A DNA stretch of 63,113 nucleotides, filler included, from Conidiobolus incongruus B7586 (GCA_000697335.1; 16 parts of 16 records of this genome joined end to end with filler, not necessarily neighbours in it); one strand, 5' to 3'. Shown: positions 26,078 to 38,791, numbered from the whole stretch's first letter. Translations and numbers: made by a program. The notes: generated by a model not told the origin, from the letters alone.

Positions 26078-26379
26078 GAATCCGTTCAACTGATAATTCA
26101 TGCCATATTGTAATTTAAATGAAATGCAATTGGAATCAAATATGTCTCAATTGATACTTACATTATGTTAGCACTATAACTAATTTTCACTATTCAACTT
26201 AATCTTTTACCTTCTATAATATCTATCGATGTTTCACTTTATCAGGATATGGATTTGGACAAAATTCATATAAAAAATANNNNNNNNNNNNNNNNNNNNN
26301 NNNNNNNNNNNNNNNNNNNNNNNTTAATTAATTAANNNNNNNNNNNNNNNNNNNNNNNNNNNNNNNNNNNNNNNNNNNN

Positions 26380-27195
26380 TAGTTATATAGATATTATATA
26401 TATTATAATTTAAATTAAAATTAATTAATAAAAATATAAAATAAATATTTTATAGTTAAAGCTTAAAAAAAGTTAAAATAGTTATTGATAGACAAAACTT
26501 ATTAAAATATTATTATAAACCTAATCCTTTATAATAAATAATTATAATTGATTAATCTTAAAGTTTTATTTATAATCCTTTGATAAAATATAAATTAAAA
26601 TGCTAAATTATGCTAAACCTCTTTTATAAATTCTTTTAAATAAATATTATGTTAATAAATAAATATTGATTATTAAGATAAATTATATTAACATATGTTA
26701 TTTTTATTGAACTTTTAAAAAAAATTAATTAATAATTGAGTTTATATTCTTTATTTAAATAAAATTATTTTTAATTAATATACTTAATATAATTTAAAAA
26801 AACTTTTTTTTAAAAAATAATTGTAAAAAATATATAATTAAAGTTATAAAAAAATTTTTAATCAAAAATAACTAAAAAAAACTACCAGATTTAATATATT
26901 TTTTAGATTAAAACCTATTTGATTAAAATTGTTTTAGGTAAATAAAAAACTAATATAAAGAAAGAAAATTTCTATAAGAAAATTTAATTGGTTTATAAAA
27001 TATCAAATTCTAGTCTTTAATAAAAAATATTTTTTAAATATTAGAGCTTTGTTAAAAGTATAGCAAAAAGTTATTAGAAATAAAGCAAATTATCAATTTT
27101 ATATTATATATTATATATATTTTTTTAGTTTATATTAAAATCTTTATTTTTTTTCAATTGCAAAAAATTTCCATTATTTAAATTACAAAGTAATA
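26380..27195 (+). mobile_element. Degraded mariner family A, 3' two-thirds
   Basis: Colinear with ~7200-8013. Ends in a TIR remnant CCATTATTTAAATTACAAAGTAA-TA. Confidence 0.8.
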
Positions 27196-28192
27196 TGAAA
27201 ATAAATTTTATTTATTAAAATATGAAAAAATAATAAAATGTAATATTAATAAAAAAAAGTAATTTGATATTATTAATTAAGTATAATAAGAAATAATATG
27301 AATAAATTCAATTGATGTCACTTTTAAAGCAATCATAACTATTAAGGTTGAATGTGTAGTTATATTAATAGTAGAGAGTGAGTTTTTTGAATTATAGCAT
27401 AAATTTAAAAACGCTGCTTATTAATATAAATAGCCATTTTCAACCTCTATTAAAAGGATTTATGAATAAATGCTCTTAGATAAAATATTTCAAAATATGA
27501 TAAAATTTAAAATAGAGTGTATATATGTTCAATCAAACCATATTATTCGAATGAATTAAATATTAATTTTTTCAAAACTTAAATTTTTTTTAAAAAAATT
27601 ATAATTCGACTTTGTGAAATGATTAATAAACCTATTATCTTAAAATAAGAATAAGAATAAGAATAATTAATATGGAGGAGTATGTAATAGTTGATTTTAA
27701 TATTATGAAAGAAAGTTTATATGATAATATCATAATCATAATAAAATAAGTTAAAATTTACAGTATAAATGAAAATTTGAATTTTACGTATATAAGGTTG
27801 ATTTAATAATAATAATAGTTCTCATTATAAAAATATTTTATTAAGCCAAATATTTAAAATGAAATCTAAAAATAGAATGATTATTTAAATATTGACCTTG
27901 TGATAGATGATATTCTAGATTCAATGAATATAAGTTATAAAAAAATAAAAAATAAATTTGATTCCTTGAAATATTTTAATAGTATGAAAATTTTATACAC
28001 TTTATTGTAATTTTTTGTTTTTGTTGAGTAGATCATAATTCCTATAAACATATAAAATTTATTTAAAAGTTGAAATATTAATTTGTGTTAATAAATATAA
28101 AATGAGACTATAAATAGAAGAGAGAAAGAAAATAGTATTTTGAGGAGTGTTATTTACATAAATAAATTATTAATAAAAACATTTTAGGGGAA

Positions 28193-29017
28193 TTATTTGC
28201 CTTCAACCAAATTAAGTAAATTAGAGGGATCGAAACCTGCAAGCTGAGCAATTTGACTGGCGTCCCAAGGACAGTCGAAATTCTTACTACCTGAGAATTG
28301 GGGCTTGTAGCCGGTCCATTGAATGAGGGGGAGGTAAAGTGTGGCAGTGTAGTCGAGCTTAATAGGTTGGCGTTTGGAGGCATCCGAAGTACATTTTTTG
28401 AGGAGAACTTGGAGACCTTTGGTGCTGACAGAGTTGGGATTATTGAGGTCGAAGGAAAGGGTGAGGGGAATATTGCTAGGACCTGATGAACGTGAAGGGA
28501 AGTTAATGGGGTTGGTTAGGTGGGAAGAGCCAGATGTCATGCCGTCCAACTTAGTATCGATTTGGATGTCGTTGACATAGATAGGGATATAGTTGTCATT
28601 CACATAGTCAATGGCAATACTCAAGGGGAATTTAACAAGGCCATTATTGTTTTCAATGCGGCCTTGGAGGTTAGATGTAGAAGAAATGGGTGTTCCGTCT
28701 TGATAAGTAATATCTTTGAATGTGAACTGAGGTATTCTGGGCCATAAGAAGTATACAGCTGTAGCAATACCTCCAATAAGGATAAGAATGAAAAGAGAGC
28801 AGCAGATTGTGCCACGACGCGTGAGGCAGCAGTAGCAACAACAGCGGTAGCACTTATTACGTGGCTTCTTTTCAGTATCTTCATAATTATAGTCATCATA
28901 TTGGTTGCTAGGGAATGTATTGTTTCTCTGATTTGCAGAATAAGGACTAGTTGAGTCATTATTATATTCTACCATATGTTGTGCTGAAGGAGTTGCGTAT
29001 TTGTTAGAATAAGCCAT
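28193..29017 (-). CDS. Single-pass membrane protein with a Cys-rich juxtamembrane motif and a LEA_2-like (NDR1/HIN1-like) domain
   Basis: 274-aa intronless ORF: CYRCCCYCC, then TM helix SLFILILIGGIATAVYFLWPRIPQF, then a beta-rich region with NDNYIPI and FPSRSS typical of LEA_2 folds. Confidence 0.8.
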   Translation of the reverse strand: MAYSNKYATPSAQHMVEYNNDSTSPYSANQRNNTFPSNQYDDYNYEDTEKKPRNKCYRCCCYCCLTRRGTICCSLFILILIGGIATAVYFLWPRIPQFTFKDITYQDGTPISSTSNLQGRIENNNGLVKFPLSIAIDYVNDNYIPIYVNDIQIDTKLDGMTSGSSHLTNPINFPSRSSGPSNIPLTLSFDLNNPNSVSTKGLQVLLKKCTSDASKRQPIKLDYTATLYLPLIQWTGYKPQFSGSKNFDCPWDASQIAQLAGFDPSNLLNLVEGK

Positions 29018-31009
29018 TTTTTTAATTTAATAAATCTATATTAATAAATAAAGAGCAGGAATAAAGATCAGTAATAAGTATATTAACTCTACAAATCCAC
29101 TATAATCAGAACTTTAAAGAAAACGAATTCGTGGTGATTTAATAGTCAATAGTGAAAAGGTGATTATGGTTGAATTTATATCTATGATAAAACTGTGAGA
29201 TGAGACAAATTTCATTTGGAAATTTTCACATTTTTGGTTTTACATATACAATAACCTTGCTAAGCATAAATTTTTATGCGCAAATTCTTCAGGAAAAAGT
29301 ATTTGGGGTTCAGCTTAACGGTGATTGGTAGAAAAGAAAAAGGAGAAATTTCATAAACGATCTGATTTGTTTAAGATGACTCAAATGAAAATAAATTAAA
29401 GATGTGACTCCCAAATAGGCAATGGATTGGAGATAAGGAGGGTGGTAAATTGATAAAGTTAAATGAACAGCTGTGGAATTTGGGCAAATGAACCAATCAT
29501 CAACTCCACATTACTTGAATGGATCCAATGAGCGCTTTCATGAATACCATGGTTTAGGCTTTAATTATAGTGCAATTTCCCAAACTAAATATCAGTCAAT
29601 TTTTATTATATAATTTATGTTTTATTAGAATTATGTTTTCATGTTCTTGGCTTAATTGATTTTTGGTTAATCCTTAAACTGTCCATTTTGAAGTTTTCAG
29701 TAAACCAACTTATATAACTTATTAATGGTATTCGTTTATCAATGTCAATTTATTGATTTTAAAGTTTGTGTCCAAATATCCGTTTCATAAATATGGTAAT
29801 TTAAATATTAATTTCAACTTAGAAATCAATTAGATAATTTTCTTATTTTTAATTGAATAAGCATGAAACCAGCTTTAATGATTGTTTAACTTTTAGCCAA
29901 ACCTACTGAAACACAAGTTATGAATTCATACTCTATTAAAATCACTTTAGTTCGATAAAATTTTCGATCATCCATTACCTATTCTATCAGAAAAGTACCA
30001 ATGCATCAAGCACCAGCACTAAAAGGAGGAGCTATCTTCTAATCATACATGACAAGTTTATACAATTGATAACGAACATCAGAATCAATGATTTTAAGGT
30101 TAAAATTCTCAGGATCCTTGCATGTATTAAACTCATTTAAGGTAAATCAATATCCAACCCTGACGAAGGAAATTGAGAACTATGAACCCTTTATTATTCA
30201 AAGTTCGCAATCAATACATTGAAACAATATCTCCTTAATAAAATCAAAACATCCTAAAATCTGAGATTAGTGTAAATTCCTTCTTTTATAATTGGTTAAT
30301 CTAGTTATATTATGAAACTTGTTTAACTAGTAAATTTTTGACAAGTTTTAAATTTTGAAAAATATTAACTAAATGTTATAAAAATTAATACTTTATATAA
30401 TTATTGATTGATAGTATTTAGTGTTGATAAAACTTATATAATACTGTGTCACTATTATTATCTTTGTTATTTTATAAGAAAATATTTTTATGGCTTATTA
30501 TTTTAGTGACCCTTAATATTAAATTTTATCAACTGTTATTTCAAATATATTCCATATTCATAAAGGAAAAATAAATTAAGAATATTAATTTCTTAGATAT
30601 CCAAATTCATTCTATATATTCTCAATCTTAAACTATATATTTGAGGACAAGTTAAACCAATTATCAAGAAAACTTTGGCAATGTTTATTGCTTAATGACA
30701 TATATAACCCTGTAATTTATTATTTATTAATTTTATTTCTTTATTCACTATTTTAATTTTATTGTAATTGGAATGAATTTTTAAGTTTTTGGAAATTTTA
30801 TTGGTTTTATATTTTGTAAATTATTTGTGATGATTATAATATATTAATAAAAATTTTTAAAAGCTAACACTATGTAAATATTAGTATATATAATCAATTA
30901 GAGATTATATATTTGATTTAATAATAATATTAAATTTTATAATATGACATATAAATTTTAAAATAATTTATTAATATTCAAATTTAGTTAAATTAATTTT
31001 AAAAGATTA

Positions 31010-31195
31010 TTTTATATTTTAAATAATGAAGATTTTTAAAATTAAATTTTTTCATATTTTTAAATATATAATTTACAAAAATTAATACTCTCCTTTGCTA
31101 TTAATAGCTTTTTGCCATAATTTTGGAAAGCTTTTAAGACTTTAAATGTAGTTCTATTTATTAAAAACTAAAATATTATATTTCATAAGCTTAAT
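31010..31195 (-). mobile_element. Mariner 3' terminal fragment
   Basis: Similar to 8290-8410 plus a TIR remnant. Boundaries approximate. Confidence 0.55.
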
Positions 31196-31199
31196 ATAT

Positions 31200-31709
31200 A
31201 TCGATGATAAGTTATGACTCAATATCAAAGATTAAGTAAAAAGTTAAATATTATACTTACTAGATATACCAGGAGGTAGGGATAAGTAATAATAAAATGG
31301 ATTGCTTATAAATTATAAATATTCATAATATCACTAATTAAAGATAACAAAGATTTGATATTATTTTGGTTTTGACTTAATCACTAATTAGTAAGTAATA
31401 GCTTAAAAATTTAAATAATCAATGGATTTATATCAAAAAAAGATATTTGTATTATAGTATATATTAATGATAATTTATAGATTATAATTTATTTTTTAAA
31501 AATTAAAGTTTATCAATATTAAAATAATAATTATAGATAATTCATAAGGCTTTACTATATATAAAAAATTTAAAATAATGACAATATCTAATAATATTAT
31601 AAAAATGGCTTTATTATCAAAATACTTGCTTATAATATATATTTTGTAATTATTTAATAATTATAATTATATTAGCTATAATAATCAAAATATATCAAAT
31701 ATATTATTA
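31200..31709 (+). mobile_element. Decayed copia-like reverse transcriptase fragment
   Basis: Degenerate motifs in copia order across shifted frames: LDIPGG, LKITKI*Y (cf. LKQAxRxWY), IIVYINDNL (cf. YVDD) and L**SKYIKYI (cf. LSQxxYI). Confidence 0.45.
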
Positions 31710-31809
31710 NNNNNNNNNNNNNNNNNNNNNNNNNNNNNNNNNNNNNNNNNNNNTTAATTAATTAANNNNNNNNNNNNNNNNNNNNNNNNNNNNNNNNNNN
31801 NNNNNNNNN

Positions 31810-33278
31810 ATTAAAATATATTATTTAATAATAAATAAATATATTTAGATATATTTAGTAAACTATTGGCAATAATATTAACCTTTAATATTTAAATAAG
31901 GTGAGTTATAAATTTGTGGGTTTTTGAGATAAAGGGATATATTTAATAATAAATAACCATATCTTTTTTCTCTCATTGTTATTATTATATATAATTTTTT
32001 ACAGATATTTTAAATTCTTTTTATTAATATAATTATATCTAAATCCCTCTCTAAAAAATTTATTTGTCTATCAATTAACTTTATAAAGAAGGTAAATCAA
32101 CTTATGATATTATTAGAATTACTAATGTTAGCTAGTCTAATATAGTTAGGGTTATTAAGAATAACAATAAAGAAACATTTAAACTTAAACTTAAGTATGT
32201 TAAAATTATAGATGAATATAATGAGAAGTATATTTATAAGTTAGTTAATACAAGCAAATATAATATTATTATAGAAATATAGCAGGAACTATAAAACTAT
32301 ATAAGAATATTAATTAGCACTAATACTATTATATATGCTTTATATTAATATAGTTACCACTTACAACTTAAGGAAAAACACCCTAAACTAAAGAAATCCC
32401 ATTATAAAATTAAGTGGGAGCTTAAATGTTATCACTAATATTAAATTAAAACCAATTAGAGTAAGGTTATTTAATTTAATAAAATAAAAATATATTTTAG
32501 TAGATTTGATAAAAAAGCTAGATGCTTTAAAAAAATACAGAACTATTTTATAACTATTATATTATTCTACCTAAAAATATAATAGTGGGTTAATTATTGT
32601 TTAGGGATATATGTTGTCTTTAGATATAAGGTATTTTTATAAAGCTAAAAGGGGAATTAATGCTGAAATATACCAAAGTATTCTAAACAATAAATTGAAA
32701 AAAAACCATTAAATAATATAGGTTAAATAAATCTAATGTTCTTTTCCAGTAAGATAATACCTCTTGTTATACTATAGCTTTTATTATTAAATAACTTAAA
32801 AATAACAAGAAAATAGTTATAAAATAGCTTCCTCAATCTTTTAACTTTAATCTAATTAAACATCTTTGAGATTAGTTAAAAAAAGCTATTAAAGTTTTCC
32901 CCCTAACAAAAGATTTAAATTAATTTTAAAAATTTATTCAAGAAGCATAAAATAAAATTAACCCTTCTTAGTATAAGAAATTAATTGATTCTATACCCTA
33001 TAAACTTAAAGAAGTTAGAAAAGCTAAAGGTAGATACACTAGGTTTTAATTTTTTTTATCACCAAAAATCTGTAAATTTATGACTTATCCAAGGTAAAAT
33101 TTAAAGGTTTGTATTTTAGCTAATTAATAGCTAATAATCATCATTTAATGATATATATAATTAATAAATATAATAGATTTTAATTATTTAATTTAGGTTT
33201 ATTTTATTAAATATTAATTAAATTATTATTAAAAATATAAGTGTTTTTGATTTTATGACTCACTTTTGCAGGTTAGTA
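31810..33278 (+). mobile_element. Tc1-like family B copy, near full-length (5' end in gap)
   Basis: Colinear with ~4915-6384. 3' TIR TTTTATGACTCACTTTTGCAGGTTAGTA. Confidence 0.92.
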
Positions 33279-33731
33279 TATATATTTGAAATTTTAAACT
33301 TTTATTTATATAATTAATTAAAAAAATTTCTTATTTTTACAGTGTTATTAATTAATAATATAATATGCTTAAATCTATAATATTAAAATTTTTAGTATAA
33401 TCTATATAGATAATTAATATATTTAAATAATTTATAAAATAATTTAATAAATAATTCTATTAATTAATTATAATATATTAATAAAGTTTTTTAAAAGTTA
33501 GATAAAAAAATAATCAAGTTATTTTTGAAGTTATTATTAAATAAAAAATTATTTAAACTTATTATAATTGTTTTATTAATAACTTTTGTTATATATATTC
33601 AAATTAATGAATATGTTAATAATTATTAAAANNNNNNNNNNNNNNNNNNNNNNNNNNNNNNNNNNNNNNNNNNNNTTAATTAATTAANNNNNNNNNNNNN
33701 NNNNNNNNNNNNNNNNNNNNNNNNNNNNNNN

Positions 33732-35919
33732 ACATTATAAAATCAAAAACACTTATATTATTATTAATAACTTAATTAATATTTAAAAAAAATAAAAATA
33801 AAATAAATAATTAAAATTATATTTATTTATAAATATTTTAAATCATTATATAATAATATTTAGTTATTAATTAGTTAAAATATTAATCTTTAAATTTTAT
33901 TTAAAATAAGTTATAAATTTGTAAGTTTTTTGTAATAAAAAAAATTAAAATTTAATATATTTATTTTTAGATTTTTCAACTTTTTTAAATCTAAGTGGTA
34001 TAAAATCAATTAACTTGTTATATTAACAAAATTAATTTTATTTTATATTCCTTAAATATATTTTTAACACTCATTTAAAATTTTATTAAATGGATAGTTT
34101 TAAAAAAAATAAATTAATTTTAAAAATATTTAATTAAATTAAATAATCAAAAAAATTATTTTATAACTATTATCTTACTATTTTAAAATATTTAATATTA
34201 CCATGGAATCAAAAAATAAGATATTTTTTAATATCTGTTTTTTCCAATATATTATTAATTTTATATAAAAAAATATATACAAAACAAATAGGAAAATAAA
34301 TAGTTTTAAATTATATATATAATAGCTTTTTTGATTAAAAAAATAATCTATAAAAATTAGCTGATTAATTTAATTTTACTTAAACCAAATAGTAATCATC
34401 AAAAGTCTTTTATTTTAGTATCATTAAAACTTAACCATAAATCCTCTAAAATCATTCAAAATTTACAAGCAACTTTTAGTAATGAAGTATTATCTAAATT
34501 AACAATTTATTGCTAGGTAAATTACTTTAAGGCTAGGAAAGAAACTACCAAAACCTGCTAAAATTTGGAAGACTAATTTTAATTATCACTCTTCCAATTA
34601 TTAATAAAATAAAAAAACATATTAAAAAGCACCCTTTTATTTCAGCTAGAGAATTATCAACATACTTTAATATTATTCATATAAGTATTTTATATATATT
34701 ATAGTTTAAATAAAAATTAATTAATAAAAATATAAAATGGGTATCTTATAATTTAACTAAAGTTCAAAAAAAAACTAGAGTAGTTATTGCTAAATAAAAC
34801 TTACTAAGGTATAGCCAGAAACTAAGGCTTTTACAACAAATTATTGTAATTAATGAATCTTAGATTCTTTTGTATAATCCTTTACTAAAACATAAGTTAA
34901 AGTGTTGGATTAAGCCAAATCAATCCCTTCCACAAATTCCTTTAAATAAATATTTTGTTGATAAGTAAATGTTAATTGTTGTAATAGATAATAATAGCAT
35001 ATGCTACTCTTATTTAGTTTTTAAATGAAAATCAATTAATAGTAAACTTTATATTTCTTTTTTAAATAAAACTATTTCTAATTGGTATTCTCAATATAAT
35101 TTGAGAAAACCTATTATTTTGCATGATAATTGTAAAATACATAAATCTAAAGTTATAAAAAACTTTTTAATTAAAAATAACTGGAAAGAACTACCATATC
35201 CAATATATTCCCTAGATTATAACCCATGTGCTTATAATTGTTTTGGGTAATTAAAAAACTAACTTGCAAGAAAGAAAATTTTTGCAAGAAAATTTAATTT
35301 ATATATAAAACATCAAATTTCAGTTCTTAATAGAAAAACTGTTTTTTAGATATTAGATTTTTTTCAGAAGTATGGCAAAAAGTTATTGGAAATAAAAGAA
35401 ATTATTTATCTTATATTATATATTTATTTTTACTTTTTATATATTAAAATGTTTATTTTTTTTTAATCACAAAAAATTACCATTATTTAAATTATAAAGT
35501 AATAATTAAAGATATAATATATCAGAAGTTATGATCTTATTTGAAAATAATTTTAAATCTATTTAACTTATACTATTTGAAATTCTTTTTAGTTTTTTAT
35601 TAAAAGTATTTTAATATATCTTAATATTAATTACTTTATTAAGTTTATAAAGATATCTTTTTATTAAATATAATATATATCCCAAAATAATAATTAACCT
35701 ATTATTATAATTTTAGGTAAAATCAATATAAAAATTATAAAATAGTTTTATTTTTTAAGTTATTTAACCTTTCTATTAAATTCACTAACATATATTTTTG
35801 TTTTATTAAATTAAATAAATATATTTTAATTGTTTTTAATTTAAAATTAATAATAATATTAAAATATTTTTTAGTTTTATAATAAGATTTTTTTAATTAT
35901 GGTTTTTTTGTCTTAAGAT
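33732..35919 (-). mobile_element. Old degraded Tc1-like family B copy interrupted by a mariner
   Basis: 33732-34197 and 35503-35919 are consecutive pieces colinear with ~15100-15575 and ~15575-15990. Confidence 0.75.
34198..35502 (+). mobile_element. Full-length mariner family A copy nested in a Tc1 copy
   Basis: TA-flanked degenerate TIRs. Frame reads KWVSYNL, ILHDNCKIH and WKELPYPIYSLDYNPCAY. Confidence 0.9.
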
Positions 35920-36019
35920 NNNNNNNNNNNNNNNNNNNNNNNNNNNNNNNNNNNNNNNNNNNNTTAATTAATTAANNNNNNNNNNNNNNNNNNNNNNNNN
36001 NNNNNNNNNNNNNNNNNNN

Positions 36020-36427
36020 TCCTTTTAAATATAAAATTTATATATTTATTTATCTTGAATAATTTATCTTTAAATTTGATTTAAATAAATTTAAATAAAT
36101 TTAAAATACTTAACATTATATTATAATCCTTATAAAATTAAATTTATTAATTAAAATTTTAAAAATATTATTATTAAACTATCTCTAACTTTGAAGATTA
36201 GTTTTATCTTTTATGTATCTAAAGTTAAACCTTATTTTAAAGATTTTAATATTTTTTTTAATTGATTAAAATTTTTAAAACTAAATTTAATTATTAATTA
36301 AGATAAAAAATATAAATACTATTACCTTGAATTTGAAATAATGGGAAATTTTTTAATTTCCGATTTTTCAAACATATTATTAGTTTGAAATGAATAAATA
36401 TATACAAAGTTAATAGGAAATTATATA

Positions 36428-36459
<32 letters not shown>

Positions 36460-37200
36460 TAGTTTTTTTGATTAAAAAATTATTTTTTAGGTGTTAGAAG
36501 TTTGCCAAAAGTATGGCAAAAAGTTATTAATAATAAAGGAAACTATTAAATTTATATTATATATTTATTTTTATATATCATATATTCAAATGTTTATTTA
36601 TTTTTAATCGCAAAAAATTCCCATTATTAAAAATGCAGAGTAATATATTAATTACATAATTAAATTTAAATTTATTAAGAATAAGCTTTAATTTTATATA
36701 AATTAAATAAGCTATCTTATTAAAAAAATTATTGAAAAATTTTTAAAAAATATTAAAAATATCTTAACTTATTATATTTATTTATAATAATTTAACAAGT
36801 ATATTTCTTATAAAAGATTTATTAACAAAATATTAAAAAAGTAGTTTTTTAAATTCTTATAAATATTTTTATAAAATTTAATTAATTATAAATTATATAA
36901 TTAATTTATATTTTTGTAGTTAAATTAATTATATAAATAATATTAAATAATTTAATTAATAAAGTTTTTTTTTCCTTATAAGCTTTATTATCTATTATCT
37001 TTCATATTATTCTTAAGGTTAAGATTATATTTTATTAATATTATAAATATATTAATATTGTTTATTATAAATTTTAATATATCAGTGACTTATTTTAATT
37101 TGAAGGTTAATTAAACTTTGTTTATATTTTTATGTTATATTATTATATTCTATACCATATTACTTTTATATTAAGTTTTCCTTTATATTATATTAATAAA
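36020..37200 (-). mobile_element. Family C copy carrying a MITE insertion
   Basis: Reverse complement of ~20030-20770 once the MITE and one TA are removed. Boundaries approximate. Confidence 0.6.
36322..36643 (+). mobile_element. MITE: 322-bp internal-deletion derivative of mariner family A
   Basis: Both family-A TIRs and a TA target duplication. About 160 bp of the 5' end is fused to about 160 bp of the 3' end. Confidence 0.92.
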
Positions 37201-37204
37201 ACTA

Positions 37205-37405
37205 CTACTACTTTTATAAATTTAATTAATTTATAAAATATTAAATTTTATTTTTTAATAAAAAATTAATTTTTAAGTATTAAATTTTATTAAAATATAA
37301 CAAAAAGTTATTTATAATAAAATAACTATTAAATATATATTATATATCATAATATTTATTTATTTTTAATTATAAAAAATTCTTATTATTCAAAATAAAA
37401 AGTAA
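37205..37405 (+). mobile_element. Mariner 3' terminal fragment
   Basis: Low-identity match to 7800-8013. Boundaries approximate. Confidence 0.5.
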
Positions 37406-37751
37406 CAATATATTAAAATTTAATTTTAAAAGAAAAATATAAATGTTAAAAATTTACTAAAAATATAACATAAAGTAATGAATAATAATAAATACATTAA
37501 TTTTAAATTATATATAATATATTGAAATATTTATTTATTATTAATCATAAAAATGTGATTATTTAAAATTCATAATAATAATAATTAGAATATAATTAAT
37601 ATATAAAATATCAATCTTAATTATTTACTAAATTGATTTATTAGAATTGCAAAGCCATTTATAAAAGATTAATAACAAAAATTAAAAATTAAAATTTATA
37701 AGATTGCAATTATTTATAAGATATTATTATAGAGTATAATTATATAGATGA

Positions 37752-38791
37752 CTATTCATCAAATCCTAACACTCTATTCAAGAAAATGGCCATATCAATT
37801 ATTTCTTGATTACAGCAAGAGTGACCCATTCCTTCATAGATTTTATGGTCAACATTATAACCTTTTTCTTTCAAAAGATTAACAGATCGAGCAGATAAAG
37901 AGGGATGAATAACCTATTTCGGTGGTTAGAGAAGTGTGTTTCATCCATCGATTAATTTAAATACCTCATCAGAATCACCATGCCCAAAAAAGATTGGAGT
38001 GTTTTGATTAGCTTCGGTTGTCAACTATATTATAAAGAGGTTATTTTTTTATCATTAAACTATATTTATGATAATTACGCTAAAAAATTTGTCATGAATT
38101 GGGACATAACCACTCAAGCCAAGTACACCAGCTAATTTTTCTCTAAAAGTTAAGGCAGTCAATAAAGACACAACGCAGCCTATTATATGACACTTGATTA
38201 ATTATATTACAAATGCAAAATATATCAAATGCTTACCTTGAGAAAATCCTCCAACAATGATCTTTTCAGGAGGAATTCCAGAGTCAATTTCTTGTTGAAT
38301 AAGCTCTTTGACTATTTTAACCATTTGTTTAATATTAACTTGGTATTTTAGTATAATCAGGTGTTTACCTTGGTTGGCAGAGCGAAGTAAACCAGCTTCG
38401 TCTTGGCGACTAAAATCAGTTAAAGAGGGGATATCATACCTGAAATAATTGAATAAACTAAGTGTATATTAATTAATAATATAAATTACCATGAAGGCAT
38501 TAATATACCCATATTAAGAGTTACAGGTTGATTTGGTCTAAATAAATTTAATTAAAAGCTAAAAAAAGAAAGAAAAATCAATTTACGCATGAGGGAAAAT
38601 AAATTTGACATTAGGCAAATGTTGACGAAGTTGATCTCCAACCGGTGCCCTAAAAAGTTATAAGTAAATGAGGAAAATAAATATAAAAGTACTTACCAGC
38701 CCTCTCCAGAATCACCTAATCCATGGAGAAAGATGACAGTAGCTTGGTGAGTTCTTACAGCTTGGCGAATGACACTGGGCAAGAGAGGCAT
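37752..38791 (-). CDS. Acyl-protein thioesterase 1 / lysophospholipase (abhydrolase_2), 8 exons
   Basis: Not in the ORF track. Spliced product contains ATVIFLHGLGDSGEGW, KFIFPHAP, MPSWYDI, IIVGGFSQG (nucleophile), FFGHGDSDEV and YEGMGHS. An alternative in-frame ATG lies at 38812. Confidence 0.93.

Noticed and set aside
25910..26101. 63-aa minus-strand ORF, and a plus-strand peptide resembling the multicopper-oxidase GPxIRVxEG motif
   Set aside because: Both are by-products of a repeat unit divisible by 3. There are no copper-ligand motifs, and the plus frame has no start codon.
28150..28959. Six short ORFs overlapping the LEA_2-like gene
   Set aside because: Shadow or antisense frames of a GC-richer real CDS.
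29320..29530. TGACTCA and several CCAAT/ATTGG words upstream of the LEA_2-like gene
   Set aside because: Short motifs that occur readily by chance. No conservation or expression evidence is available.
29850..30270. GC-richer patch that might be a gene remnant
   Set aside because: The frames I translated contain stops, and I recognised no motif or splice structure.
4815..35502. Alternative genetic code (TAA/TAG reassignment) to explain in-frame stops in the transposases
   Set aside because: The stops replace both Trp and Gln, differ between copies and come with many missense transitions. Host genes end normally at TAA/TAG/TGA and have no internal stops.
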